The notes: generated by a model from the letters alone, not told the origin. Shown: positions 27,315-35,653, counted from the first letter of the stretch. The stretch is 38,612 nt of DNA from Candidatus Bathyarchaeota archaeon (GCA_043826455.1 JBDRQD010000076.1:1-38612); one strand, 5' to 3'. Translations and numbers: made by a program.

Positions 27315-27617
27315 CTACACGGACTTCCTGTCCATGTAGTCCACCACCAGACCCTCCTTGGTCAGCTCAAATATGACGCCGTCCTTCCCCTGCCTCCTCT
27401 CCACGCAGAACCCGTACTCCAGGAGCCTCACGTGCCAGTCCAGGGACTTGACATCCAGCCCGGTGGCCGATGAGAGGGCCTCCAAGGTCCTGTGCCCCTC
27501 CTTCATGGCTCTAAGGATGTCTCTCCTCACAGGACTGTTGATTGCTCGTAGGTACCTGCGGTGCCTCTCCTTGGTGTCCTCCATGGAGTCGGACACGGTC
27601 TTGCTCTTGTCAGACAA
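27315..27617 (-). CDS. ArsR-like winged helix-turn-helix protein
   Basis: LRAINSPVRRDILRAM...LSSATGL....LDWHVRLLE.G.....FELTKEG pattern. Confidence 0.75.
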   Translation of the reverse strand: MSDKSKTVSDSMEDTKERHRRYLRAINSPVRRDILRAMKEGHRTLEALSSATGLDVKSLDWHVRLLEYGFCVERRQGKDGVIFELTKEGLVVDYMDRKSV

Positions 27618-27677
27618 CGCCTACCACATGGAAGGGCTTGTGCCACGAATAAAACATTGGTGATGAAGAGGGGGCGA

Positions 27678-28187
27678 CTACTCGGGGAGGGCGATGAACC
27701 TCTTGACCCTCATCTGCTTCAAGGGGTCCGAGATCTGCTCCCTCTGGGGGTGCTCAGTGTCCAGGATGAGCACAGTGTCGAAGCCCTCCTTCTCGCCGGC
27801 GACGGCTATGAACTGGCCTCCCACCAGCTTCTTGCTTGAGGCCACGGCGGCCACCTCCATGGCGGCCTTCACACCGGACCCGAACATCATGAGGGTCTCC
27901 CTCATGGCCCTGTCGTCCTGGATTGGGAGACTGGCCTTCTCCACCGGCACCACGTTCAGCTTCTTCATGTCCTTCTTGGTGTCATCGTCGTAGGTGAACT
28001 CGGTGACGCTGACCACCTGGACCTGCTTACCGAGGACCTCCGCCAGCTTCAGGGCGGCCTTCCCCTTGTGGCTGGCTATCACCACCTTTGACGCCCCCTC
28101 GGGAGAGGTGTGCTTCTTCACGGCTTCGAAGACCACGCCGGTCTTCGTCTTCTTGTTCACGTACAGGATGCTGCTATCTGCGTCCAA
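27678..28187 (-). CDS. Pyruvate-kinase C-terminal (alpha/beta)-like domain protein, COG1751-like
   Basis: KVVIASHKGKAALKLAE, ETLMMFGSGVKAAMEVAAVA and IAVAG...GFDTVLIL resemble archaeal PK_C-like proteins. Confidence 0.65.
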   Translation of the reverse strand: MDADSSILYVNKKTKTGVVFEAVKKHTSPEGASKVVIASHKGKAALKLAEVLGKQVQVVSVTEFTYDDDTKKDMKKLNVVPVEKASLPIQDDRAMRETLMMFGSGVKAAMEVAAVASSKKLVGGQFIAVAGEKEGFDTVLILDTEHPQREQISDPLKQMRVKRFIALPE

Positions 28188-28224
28188 GAACCATCGAGTA
28201 AAGGTAATGGAGCTACGGCTATAA

Positions 28225-28325
28225 CGTTTTTCCGGCCGCCACGTGAAGCGAACAGATATTCGTTAAATTTAACGCGTTTTTCTGACTGAAAACTAAATAA
28301 ATGTAAATAAGTATTATATTTACAG
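28225..28325. promoter_or_regulatory. Divergent promoter with two palindromes
   Basis: Perfect 14-bp palindrome CGTTAAATTTAACG (28261-28274) and TGTAAATA-N7-TATTTACA (28302-28324). Confidence 0.6.
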
Positions 28326-28766
28326 GTGGTTGAGTTGAGCGTCCAACTGAGCTCCGAGTTCTGCGGCCTCCCCTGCAGGGTCCTCATGAACAAGACTCCT
28401 CCTATTGCCAGGGCAGAGGATCATCTCGTGGAGGTGACCAGCAGGCTACTGGGGGTGAACTTCAAGGCCGTGATCGTGTACGAGGACGACGAACCCGTCG
28501 GCCTCATAACCCTCAAGGATATAATGAAATGGCTGCTGGTGGCCGAGGACAAGAGCAAGCTAGTCATGGGGGACCTAGTGTCCGTCCCGTTGATCACCGT
28601 GGGCGTGGACACCACCCTTGAGGACGCCGTGAGCGTCATGAGGAAGTACCACATCAACTACCTGGGAGTACACGAGGACAAAGCCATCAGAGGCCTCGTC
28701 ACCGAGCAGGGCATCAAGGAGTTCTGCGAGCTGTACCCCCACTACCTCAGGCGCTACGCCATGTAG
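28326..28766 (+). CDS. Stand-alone CBS-domain pair protein
   Basis: PVGLITLKDI, PLITV..DTTLEDAVSVMRKYHINYL.V and GLVTEQ. The start may be TTG 28335 after AGGTGG. Confidence 0.85.
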   Translation: MVELSVQLSSEFCGLPCRVLMNKTPPIARAEDHLVEVTSRLLGVNFKAVIVYEDDEPVGLITLKDIMKWLLVAEDKSKLVMGDLVSVPLITVGVDTTLEDAVSVMRKYHINYLGVHEDKAIRGLVTEQGIKEFCELYPHYLRRYAM

Positions 28767-29714
28767 TCATGGCCGCCACCCGGTGAGAAGGAGTACGAAC
28801 AGGGATGCAGCCGTCAGGTCAGCCGTTGTACCCGGGTTCAGCGCGCCATTCGTCCTCTGTAGTTCCTCGTCCAGTTCAATGAGCATGCATCTGCCACGGT
28901 CCGACGCCGCGCCCCCGGCGTCAAGGATGCTCTGAGCCCTCTCACTTACAGTCCTCGCAGCTTCTGGGCCCCTCTTCCGCTGGATCAGGGAGTCGGGGTG
29001 CTCCGAGAGTAGGCAGAGGAACGTGTTTACCACAGAGTCGTTGACGCTTACCCCCCTAGACAGATGCTCCGCGAGGTGCCCATACCCCTCTGAGACCACT
29101 ATGTTGAACCCTGTGACCCACTCGCTGCATATGGAGTCTCGCCCAGAGCAGGTCTCGAAGATGTCATGCGGCGTGATGCCATGCTTCAAGATGTAGTCCA
29201 GTGACACTGGGTCTGTGACGTCCAGCTCATCCACGTCGCCCAGGTTCTCCCTCGACATGGCCATACCAATGGCCTTGTAGATGTCCACGGCGTCCTGTGG
29301 AGCCGCAGCCCCAATGATCTCCCTTATGGAGGCTCTGAGCTTAAAGGGTTCAACCACGCCACCCTCAGCTACGGCCCCCGCGGCGGCAGCTATGGGTGAG
29401 AACAGGAGGATCACACCAAGGTGGACGTTGCCGCCCCTCTGCCACGCCAGCATCTCCTCGACGGCGCCGAGGATCGACCCACCCATGCCCAGGCCGCCCC
29501 AGTCTCCTCCCCCAGCCTTGATCAAACTGCTCCGGCCAGCCAGATCCCTCATCCAGGGCATCATGGAGACGCTGGCCGCCAGAAAATGCTCGTAGCTGGT
29601 GCCCGGAAAGTCCCTTAGGCGGTGGACGTTTCCCGGTTTGGGGTACGCCGAGACCTCTAGGAGGGCCGCGAGGGACGCGCACCGCCCCACCAAGTCACCC
29701 ACTCCGCCTTCCAT
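28767..29714 (-). CDS. citG: CitG-family triphosphoribosyl transferase (Orf7-like)
   Basis: LLEVSAYPKPGNVHR, NVHLGVILL, PDSLIQRKRG and NPGTTADLTAA. ATG 29714 follows GGAGG (ORF track 29729). Confidence 0.9.
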   Translation of the reverse strand: MEGGVGDLVGRCASLAALLEVSAYPKPGNVHRLRDFPGTSYEHFLAASVSMMPWMRDLAGRSSLIKAGGGDWGGLGMGGSILGAVEEMLAWQRGGNVHLGVILLFSPIAAAAGAVAEGGVVEPFKLRASIREIIGAAAPQDAVDIYKAIGMAMSRENLGDVDELDVTDPVSLDYILKHGITPHDIFETCSGRDSICSEWVTGFNIVVSEGYGHLAEHLSRGVSVNDSVVNTFLCLLSEHPDSLIQRKRGPEAARTVSERAQSILDAGGAASDRGRCMLIELDEELQRTNGALNPGTTADLTAASLFVLLLTGWRP

Positions 29715-29741
29715 GTGTGTCCCCTCCATAAATCGTTGCTC

Positions 29742-29753
29742 ACTTTATAAAGT
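29742..29753. promoter_or_regulatory. Palindromic, potentially bidirectional TATA box
   Basis: ACTTTATAAAGT is a perfect palindrome centred almost exactly between the divergent starts at 29714 and 29779. Confidence 0.6.
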
Positions 29754-29778
29754 TCCACCGGGCCAAGATAATACTTGC

Positions 29779-30780
29779 ATGGACCGTCTCTCAGGCTTCA
29801 CCGAGGGGGACTACCTCAGGACCGTCGAGGGCCTGTTCTTCGCCGTGAAGGGCGGCGTTCACCCAGACAACATGGTGATAGCATACCTCCGCTACATCCC
29901 TGACCCCCGGGGGGGAAGGTCTAAGGGAGGAGTCCACTATCGTAGGGTGAGCGACATAGGCGAAACCACGAGGTACCTGGAGGAGCACTACCCCATGTAC
30001 CTCAACCACATTAGGAGGCTCAACATGACCCTGCAATCTGTCCCTGTTCACCGCGTAGCCGGCGTGTACAAGCCCAGGGAGAGACTAGGAGAGATTCTTG
30101 AAAACCCGGCCACGCTCCTTGAGAAGATTTTAGTCCGGTTCGCGGAGGCTATCGCCGACGAGAGCCGCGTCCCCTTAAGCGGCTTCGGCGTATCCGGCTC
30201 GCTTCTTATAGGGCTGGACATTGAGGGCTCCGACGTTGATCTGAACGTCTACGGGCTTGATGAGGGGCGGAAAGTCTACGAGGCCCTAAAGAAGCTGAGA
30301 AGAACCGGGGGATGGGTGTCGCCCTACGACGACGAGACCGTGAAAAATGTGCTATTCTCTCGGTGGGGCGACCTGGGGCGCCTCAAGGAGCTGGCTGAGG
30401 TGGAGAAGCGGAAGGTCCTACACGGCAGGGTCATGGGCACGGACTACTTCGTGAGGCTTCTGCGAGACGAGGAAAGCTATCTTTCTAAGCCGATGGACGT
30501 CGTGACACTCAAAGCCAGGGTCGCGGACTCGTCTGGGTCCATTTATACGCCGTGCACATACAGAGTCGATGAAGTGGAAACGCTGTCTGATCCCATCCAG
30601 GGGGAAATCACTGAGCTCGTGAGCTACCGGGGCAAGTTCACGGAGCAGGCCGAGGCCGGGGACTGGGTCAGGGTGAGGGGCACCCTCGAGGAGGTCCAGG
30701 GTCCAGATGGTGCCCATTTCAGGGTCATCCTTGGGGGAGAGGGAGACTACCTGCTGCCCCTGTTTTTGGATAATTTTTAG
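29779..30780 (+). CDS. Archaeal predicted nucleotidyltransferase (Pol-beta superfamily, COG1665-like), paralog 2
   Basis: GVSGSLLIG...SDVDLNVYG motif, colinear with paralog 1 along its length. The real start is ATG 29779, since the ORF-track extension to 29599 overlaps citG. Confidence 0.8.
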   Translation: MDRLSGFTEGDYLRTVEGLFFAVKGGVHPDNMVIAYLRYIPDPRGGRSKGGVHYRRVSDIGETTRYLEEHYPMYLNHIRRLNMTLQSVPVHRVAGVYKPRERLGEILENPATLLEKILVRFAEAIADESRVPLSGFGVSGSLLIGLDIEGSDVDLNVYGLDEGRKVYEALKKLRRTGGWVSPYDDETVKNVLFSRWGDLGRLKELAEVEKRKVLHGRVMGTDYFVRLLRDEESYLSKPMDVVTLKARVADSSGSIYTPCTYRVDEVETLSDPIQGEITELVSYRGKFTEQAEAGDWVRVRGTLEEVQGPDGAHFRVILGGEGDYLLPLFLDNF

Positions 30781-30846
30781 TAAACCGTCGACGACTCTAT
30801 AGGGAACTGCCTGTTGGTATTTATAAAAGAAGCAGAGCTGCTGAGC

Positions 30847-31461
30847 ATGCTGCACAAGTCGGGCTTCACAAGGGACGGAATAGTCGAAGTCATACTGGTT
30901 ACCAGGGGCGCTGATGGCTCAGTGAACGCCGCCGCCATGGGGGTGAAACTAACAGGAGACCTGCTTGAGATCAGGCCATATAAGACCAGTGAGACCTATA
31001 GGAACCTCAAATATGGCGGAGAGGCGGTGATAAACGTCACCCACGATCCGTACCTGTTTTTGGCGACGGCATTCAAGGACGAGGTCCCTGGACAGCCTCA
31101 GATGTGCGCTGACATGAGTCTCCAGGAGGCAGACTCGTGCATCTACGTGGAGGTCCAGGGCGAAGCCGGCTACTCAGACGCCCAGGCGTCGTTCAAGACT
31201 AAGCCCATCAAAACGGTGATAAAAAGGGAGCACCCCATCGTCTTTAGTAGGGGAAGAGCCGAGGCAATAGAGGCAGTGATCCACGCGACCAGAGTGAAGG
31301 TGTTCCAACTGCAGGGCAGGACAGGCGAGGTGCAGGCGCTGACCAGAAAGATAGCTGAGTGCGCGGAGACCGTGGGGCGGGTGTCGCCAGAGAACTCGCC
31401 CGAAAGCCGCGTCATAAACGAGCTAAGACAGATGATGAAGAACTGGGGGGTACCACTGTAG
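30847..31461 (+). CDS. DUF447-family protein (flavin-binding split-barrel-like), methanopterin biosynthesis-associated
   Basis: EVILVT...NAAAMGV, S.TYRNL, NVTHDP.LF and RGRAEAIEAVIHATR. ATG 30847 follows TTTATAAAA (30820-30828). Confidence 0.8.
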   Translation: MLHKSGFTRDGIVEVILVTRGADGSVNAAAMGVKLTGDLLEIRPYKTSETYRNLKYGGEAVINVTHDPYLFLATAFKDEVPGQPQMCADMSLQEADSCIYVEVQGEAGYSDAQASFKTKPIKTVIKREHPIVFSRGRAEAIEAVIHATRVKVFQLQGRTGEVQALTRKIAECAETVGRVSPENSPESRVINELRQMMKNWGVPL

Positions 31462-32411
31462 AGATCAGTTTAACCACGCCTTCAAGGCTTCAGTTCGGCA
31501 TAGTCGACATGCGGGGAGACCTGGGCAGGATCCACGGCAGCGTCGGCGTAGCCATCCAGCGTCCACGGCTCACCGTCAAGGCCGTTGAGAGCAGCGAGAC
31601 CCGGATCATTGGTGCGCGCTCCAGCAGGGCCAGCGACATCTTGAGCACCCTGATGAGAGACCACGGCATAACATCGGGTGTCCAGGTTGAGATACTGGAG
31701 GACATCCCGGAGCACACAGGCTTCGGCTCAGGGACGCAGCTAACCATAGCCCTGGGGACCATTTTATCCAAGATGTTCGACCTGGGGCTGACACCTCAAA
31801 GCATCGCGGAACGGATGGGCCGGAGCAGAGTATCCGGCATAGGCGCATACGCGTTCCTCGGCGGCGGCTTCATAGTGGACGGGGGCCACGCCTTGGAGAG
31901 GCGGGACTCCGTGCCGCCCCTCATATTCAGGCGAGACGTTCCCGAGGATTGGGTATTCGTGGTGGGCGTCCCCCGCATAAACCGGGGCGTCAGCGGTGAC
32001 AACGAGAAAGACGCCTTCAGGAGGCTGGGGCCTCCGCCTGCCCAGACAGTCGCAGAGGTGTCAAGGATAGTTCTGATCCAGTTGATCCCCTCCATCATCG
32101 AGGGGGACATCGAGAGGTTCGGTGACGCCATGACCAAGCTGGACTCCATGTTCGGCGACTACTGGCTGAAAGTCCAGGGAGGAAGGTACAGCCACCCCAG
32201 GATCGAGGAAGGCGTAAACTATCTGCTTGAGAACGGGGCCGTGGGGGCCGGCCAGAGCTCCTGGGGGCCGGCCTTCTACGGCCTAGTGGACGGGGAGGCT
32301 CAGGCCGATCAACTTGCCCGGAGCCTGTCCCGCTTCCTGAACACGGTGGGCGAGGGTCTGGCGTTCACCACCAAGGCTGACAACTTGGGCGCCCAAGTGA
32401 GTGTGAAATAG
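31458..32411 (+). CDS. mptG: Beta-ribofuranosylaminobenzene 5'-phosphate synthase (GHMP fold); start codon uncertain
   Basis: TPSRLQFG..D..G..GR..GSVG, IPEHTGFGSGTQL, RVSGIG..AF.GGGFIVDGG and GQSSWGP. The homologous region begins near 31458, but the only canonical start is GTG 31359. Confidence 0.9.
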   Translation, partial: VEISLTTPSRLQFGIVDMRGDLGRIHGSVGVAIQRPRLTVKAVESSETRIIGARSSRASDILSTLMRDHGITSGVQVEILEDIPEHTGFGSGTQLTIALGTILSKMFDLGLTPQSIAERMGRSRVSGIGAYAFLGGGFIVDGGHALERRDSVPPLIFRRDVPEDWVFVVGVPRINRGVSGDNEKDAFRRLGPPPAQTVAEVSRIVLIQLIPSIIEGDIERFGDAMTKLDSMFGDYWLKVQGGRYSHPRIEEGVNYLLENGAVGAGQSSWGPAFYGLVDGEAQADQLARSLSRFLNTVGEGLAFTTKADNLGAQVSVK

Positions 32412-32423
32412 GCGGGGCCTAGG

Positions 32424-33989
32424 ATGAGGGTTCTAGTCTTAACGGGGAAGCTCGCCGAGGAGGCCGTCAGGCGCACGGTCAAGGGATTGAGCGACGTGGA
32501 CGTGTTAGCTCTACCCGTGTCCGTCGCATCCTTCCTCACGCCCAGGTACGTGGCTGACGTTCTCGGCAAGATGAGCCTGGACCGCTACGGCATGATTCTC
32601 ACCCCTGGGACCGTCAGCGGCGACGTGTCCTGCGTGGAGGAGGCGACGGGCGTCCCAACATTCAAAGGGCCCGTCCACTTCGTTGACCTGCCCACGGTCC
32701 TGTCCTCAGACATCCAGTTATCGAAGACCGTTCCGGCCTCAGACTTCATCAGGGACCTGGCTGAGCAGAGAGCATCCGAGGAGATAGAGGCGGCTGAGCG
32801 TGACTGGGCTGACATCCTGAAGCTCAGAGGCGGGATCACTCTGGGTGAGGGCGCAAGGCGTCTACCTGTGAGCGACGGGCTCCCTATGAGGGTTATAGCG
32901 GAGGTGGTCAACGCCCCCACCCTCACACTCACGCAGATCGTGGACAGAGCCAAGTACTACCAGTCCCAGGGCGCCCAAGTAATCGATATAGGGATGCTGG
33001 CAGGCAACCCGAGGCCCGAGACCTTGGCACCCATCATCGACGCACTCAGAGACGCCGTGGACCTGCCCCTCAGCGTAGACACCCTGGACCCCTCAGAGAT
33101 CAGGGCAGCCGTTGACGCAGGCATCGACATGATACTCAGCGTCGACGCAGGCAACCTGGACGCGGCGGCGCCCCACATCGGCGACCAGGCTGTAGTCGTC
33201 CTCCCCACAGACATGAGCAGAGGCCACCTGCCCAGGACAGCCAGGAAGAGGGTTCACGCTCTAGCCCAGAACATTGAGAGAGCCAGGGAGCTGGGCCTCA
33301 ACAAGGTCGTCGGCGACCTGGTGGTGGAACCCCTCCTGAGGCCGGGGCTCCTCACGGCGCTGGAGAGCTACCGGCTCTTCAAGGATAACCACCCAGAGGT
33401 GCCGCTACTCTTCGGCATAGGCAACGCCACGGAGCTCATAGACGCGGACTCCACAGGGGTGAACGCGGCCCTGACGGCTTTGGCCCGCGAGGCTGGGGCC
33501 TGTATGCTCCACGTGCCGGAGTATAGCGTCAAGGCCAGGGGCAGCGTGGCTGAGGTGGTTCGTGCCTCCCGGATGATGTACGTGGCGGAGAGGAGGGGGT
33601 CTGTGCCCAAGGACCTGGGCCTCGACCTGCTGGTGCTGAAGGAGAAGCGTTGGAAGGAGGAGGCCTACGATTCGAGCCTTGAGTCGTCGGCGGAGGTGGT
33701 CCTGGGCTCAGAGATTGACGAGTATAAGCCTGACGAGGCGGGGTGGTTCAAGGTGCAGGTGGACCGGGGCGCCGGCAAGATCGTTGCTCTCCACTATCCC
33801 CCGGGGAGAGAAGAGCCGGCTACCATAGTCAAGGGGGGCGACGCCCGGGAGGTATACCAGACCATCATCAGGCTAGGCCTCGTCACCAGGCTGGACCACG
33901 TGGCGTACCTGGGTAAGGAGCTGACGAAAGCTTCCATCGCCCTCAGGCTGGGGCGATCATACCAGCAGGACGAGGACCTCTTCGACTAA
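32424..33989 (+). CDS. Dihydropteroate synthase-related protein (Orf20/MJ0107-like) with N- and C-terminal extra domains
   Basis: VLTGKLAE, LPVSVAS, VIAEVVNAP, GAQVIDIG, PLSVDTL, GIGNATELIDADSTGVNA, and C-terminal LDHVAYLGKEL.KA.IAL.LGRSYQQD. Confidence 0.88.
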   Translation: MRVLVLTGKLAEEAVRRTVKGLSDVDVLALPVSVASFLTPRYVADVLGKMSLDRYGMILTPGTVSGDVSCVEEATGVPTFKGPVHFVDLPTVLSSDIQLSKTVPASDFIRDLAEQRASEEIEAAERDWADILKLRGGITLGEGARRLPVSDGLPMRVIAEVVNAPTLTLTQIVDRAKYYQSQGAQVIDIGMLAGNPRPETLAPIIDALRDAVDLPLSVDTLDPSEIRAAVDAGIDMILSVDAGNLDAAAPHIGDQAVVVLPTDMSRGHLPRTARKRVHALAQNIERARELGLNKVVGDLVVEPLLRPGLLTALESYRLFKDNHPEVPLLFGIGNATELIDADSTGVNAALTALAREAGACMLHVPEYSVKARGSVAEVVRASRMMYVAERRGSVPKDLGLDLLVLKEKRWKEEAYDSSLESSAEVVLGSEIDEYKPDEAGWFKVQVDRGAGKIVALHYPPGREEPATIVKGGDAREVYQTIIRLGLVTRLDHVAYLGKELTKASIALRLGRSYQQDEDLFD

Positions 33990-34825
33990 CCGCTGAACCG
34001 GACCACCGTTATGGGGTGGTGCCTCACGGACTCCAGCATCTCCCATGTTACCCCCGTTAAGGACGTCTCCATCTCCCTGGACATGCTCCACACGGTCCTG
34101 CCGGCTCCTCGGCCACACAGCCTGTGGTGGAGTCTGGCCAGCCAGAGAGCCCTGTCGGGGTTCACACTGCTCCCGGACGCGGCTAGGGGCGTCTGCCGCG
34201 CCTGCAGCCTCAATACCTTCCCGATGATGAAAACCAGGAAGCCTCCGAGGTGCACGAGACCGGGGAACTCCACTCTCCTGGGGGCGATGTGGAGGTTCCT
34301 CCAGGAGTAGGTGGTGTCGCCGTCAACGATCATGACGGTGACCCGTTTACCTGTGCGCTCGCGGACTGCTTCCTGGATTTTAGACGCGACCTTAGTGGCG
34401 TCTCTCAGCGGTAAGCTGACGTATGAGTACGGGAGGTTGCTCGCGTCGATTCCCCCCTCGCTGTAGTGGCGCATGGACTGGGGGAGGCCGACAGTTCTTA
34501 GGGCCACCTGCTTGTGGGCGGCGCCCTCCTCCGCGGGGTAGTTCCTCAGGTTGACGATGGTCTGCTCCTTTAGCCCAGTGATAGTGCCGAGGGGGCCGCC
34601 CCACACTCGCCTAGTCCAGGGGCCTGCTAGGAGCCTGGCGACGTACCCCGGCTTCACCGCGGCCTCGTCAACCAAAAAGCCTGAGGCTGTGGATAGCGCC
34701 TTCTCGCTGACGATGATGATGTCTTCGTCCTCGACTAGTCCTCGGACCTTTTCAATGATCTCTGATGTGTAGTCTGTTCCCGGTCTCCAGTAGTGGGTCC
34801 TGATGCTGACGGCCTTGACCTTCAT
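33986..34825 (-). CDS. CofE-like (F420-0:gamma-glutamyl ligase family) protein
   Basis: YWRPG, IIVSEKALSTASG, EGGIDASNLP, VMIVDGD and PITVVR. The substrate is unknown. Confidence 0.75.
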   Translation of the reverse strand: MKVKAVSIRTHYWRPGTDYTSEIIEKVRGLVEDEDIIIVSEKALSTASGFLVDEAAVKPGYVARLLAGPWTRRVWGGPLGTITGLKEQTIVNLRNYPAEEGAAHKQVALRTVGLPQSMRHYSEGGIDASNLPYSYVSLPLRDATKVASKIQEAVRERTGKRVTVMIVDGDTTYSWRNLHIAPRRVEFPGLVHLGGFLVFIIGKVLRLQARQTPLAASGSSVNPDRALWLARLHHRLCGRGAGRTVWSMSREMETSLTGVTWEMLESVRHHPITVVRFSG

Positions 34826-34843
34826 TCTGGGCCCTTCGCTCGG

Positions 34844-35641
34844 CTATGGCCTGTATCTCTCGATGAGGTAGCGCTTGAGCTCATCCACGGCTCTGACGGC
34901 CTTTGAGTCTGCGTCGTAGTCGAGGACGGGTGTGCCCGCCATGTCGGCGTCCGTCACGGCCTCGTCATAGGGAATGTAGGCGACAACGGGCACCCCCAGT
35001 TCCTCCATCTTCAGCTTGATGAACTCCCTGTCCTTGGGCCTGGCCACCTTGTTCCCCACGGCCAGCACCTCCTTGACCTCGATCTCCTCGGCCAGCCTCA
35101 TGATGCGCTTGATTGTGTCCACGGACTTCATCCTGGGTTCCAGGACAACAAGCATGGCGTCCATCCTCCTGGCCGTGCCTCTGCCCAGGTGCTCCAAGCC
35201 GGCCACCATGTCCATGACCAGGACCTCGCCTCGTTGGATGAGCATGTGCTGGACGAGGACCCTGAGGAGGGCGTTGGAGCCGCACATGCAGCCAGTGCCT
35301 CCACCCTTCACGGTGCCCATAACAAGGAGCTTTACGCCGTCTGGTGCCTCCACCCCGAACCTGTCCACTATGTCGTTGACCTTGGGGTTCATGTTGAATA
35401 TGGGTGCGTAGGCCTCCTCCGCAGAGACGCCGGTCCTTTCCTTGACTAGGGCCTCGTTCTCTGACAGGGGCACCATCCTGTCGGCTTCGTCCTGGGGCAC
35501 GCCGAGGCTGACGGCAAGGTTCAGGTTAGGGTCCGCGTCCACGGCCAGCACATTGTATCCGTCCCGGGCTAGGAGCCTGGAGAGGGTGGAGGACACGAAG
35601 GTCTTGCCGACGCCCCCTTTTCCAGCGACAGCGATCTTCAC
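34844..35641 (-). CDS. cooC: CooC/AcsF-type nickel-insertion ATPase
   Basis: GKGGVGKT, DADPNLNL, GGTGCMC and DMVAGLEHLGRGT. Confidence 0.93.
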   Translation of the reverse strand: MKIAVAGKGGVGKTFVSSTLSRLLARDGYNVLAVDADPNLNLAVSLGVPQDEADRMVPLSENEALVKERTGVSAEEAYAPIFNMNPKVNDIVDRFGVEAPDGVKLLVMGTVKGGGTGCMCGSNALLRVLVQHMLIQRGEVLVMDMVAGLEHLGRGTARRMDAMLVVLEPRMKSVDTIKRIMRLAEEIEVKEVLAVGNKVARPKDREFIKLKMEELGVPVVAYIPYDEAVTDADMAGTPVLDYDADSKAVRAVDELKRYLIERYRP

Positions 35642-35653
35642 GGCCTCAGTCTC

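Noticed and set aside
28767..29714. citG as part of a citrate lyase or malonate decarboxylase system
   Set aside because: No citCDEF, mdc or ACP genes are in the window and the neighbours are methanopterin genes. Such genes elsewhere in the genome cannot be excluded.
28767..34825. Apparently weaker GC3 bias in the cofactor block as a sign of horizontal transfer
   Set aside because: The impression was not quantified, lower expression of biosynthetic genes explains it equally well, and there are no mobility genes or boundary repeats.
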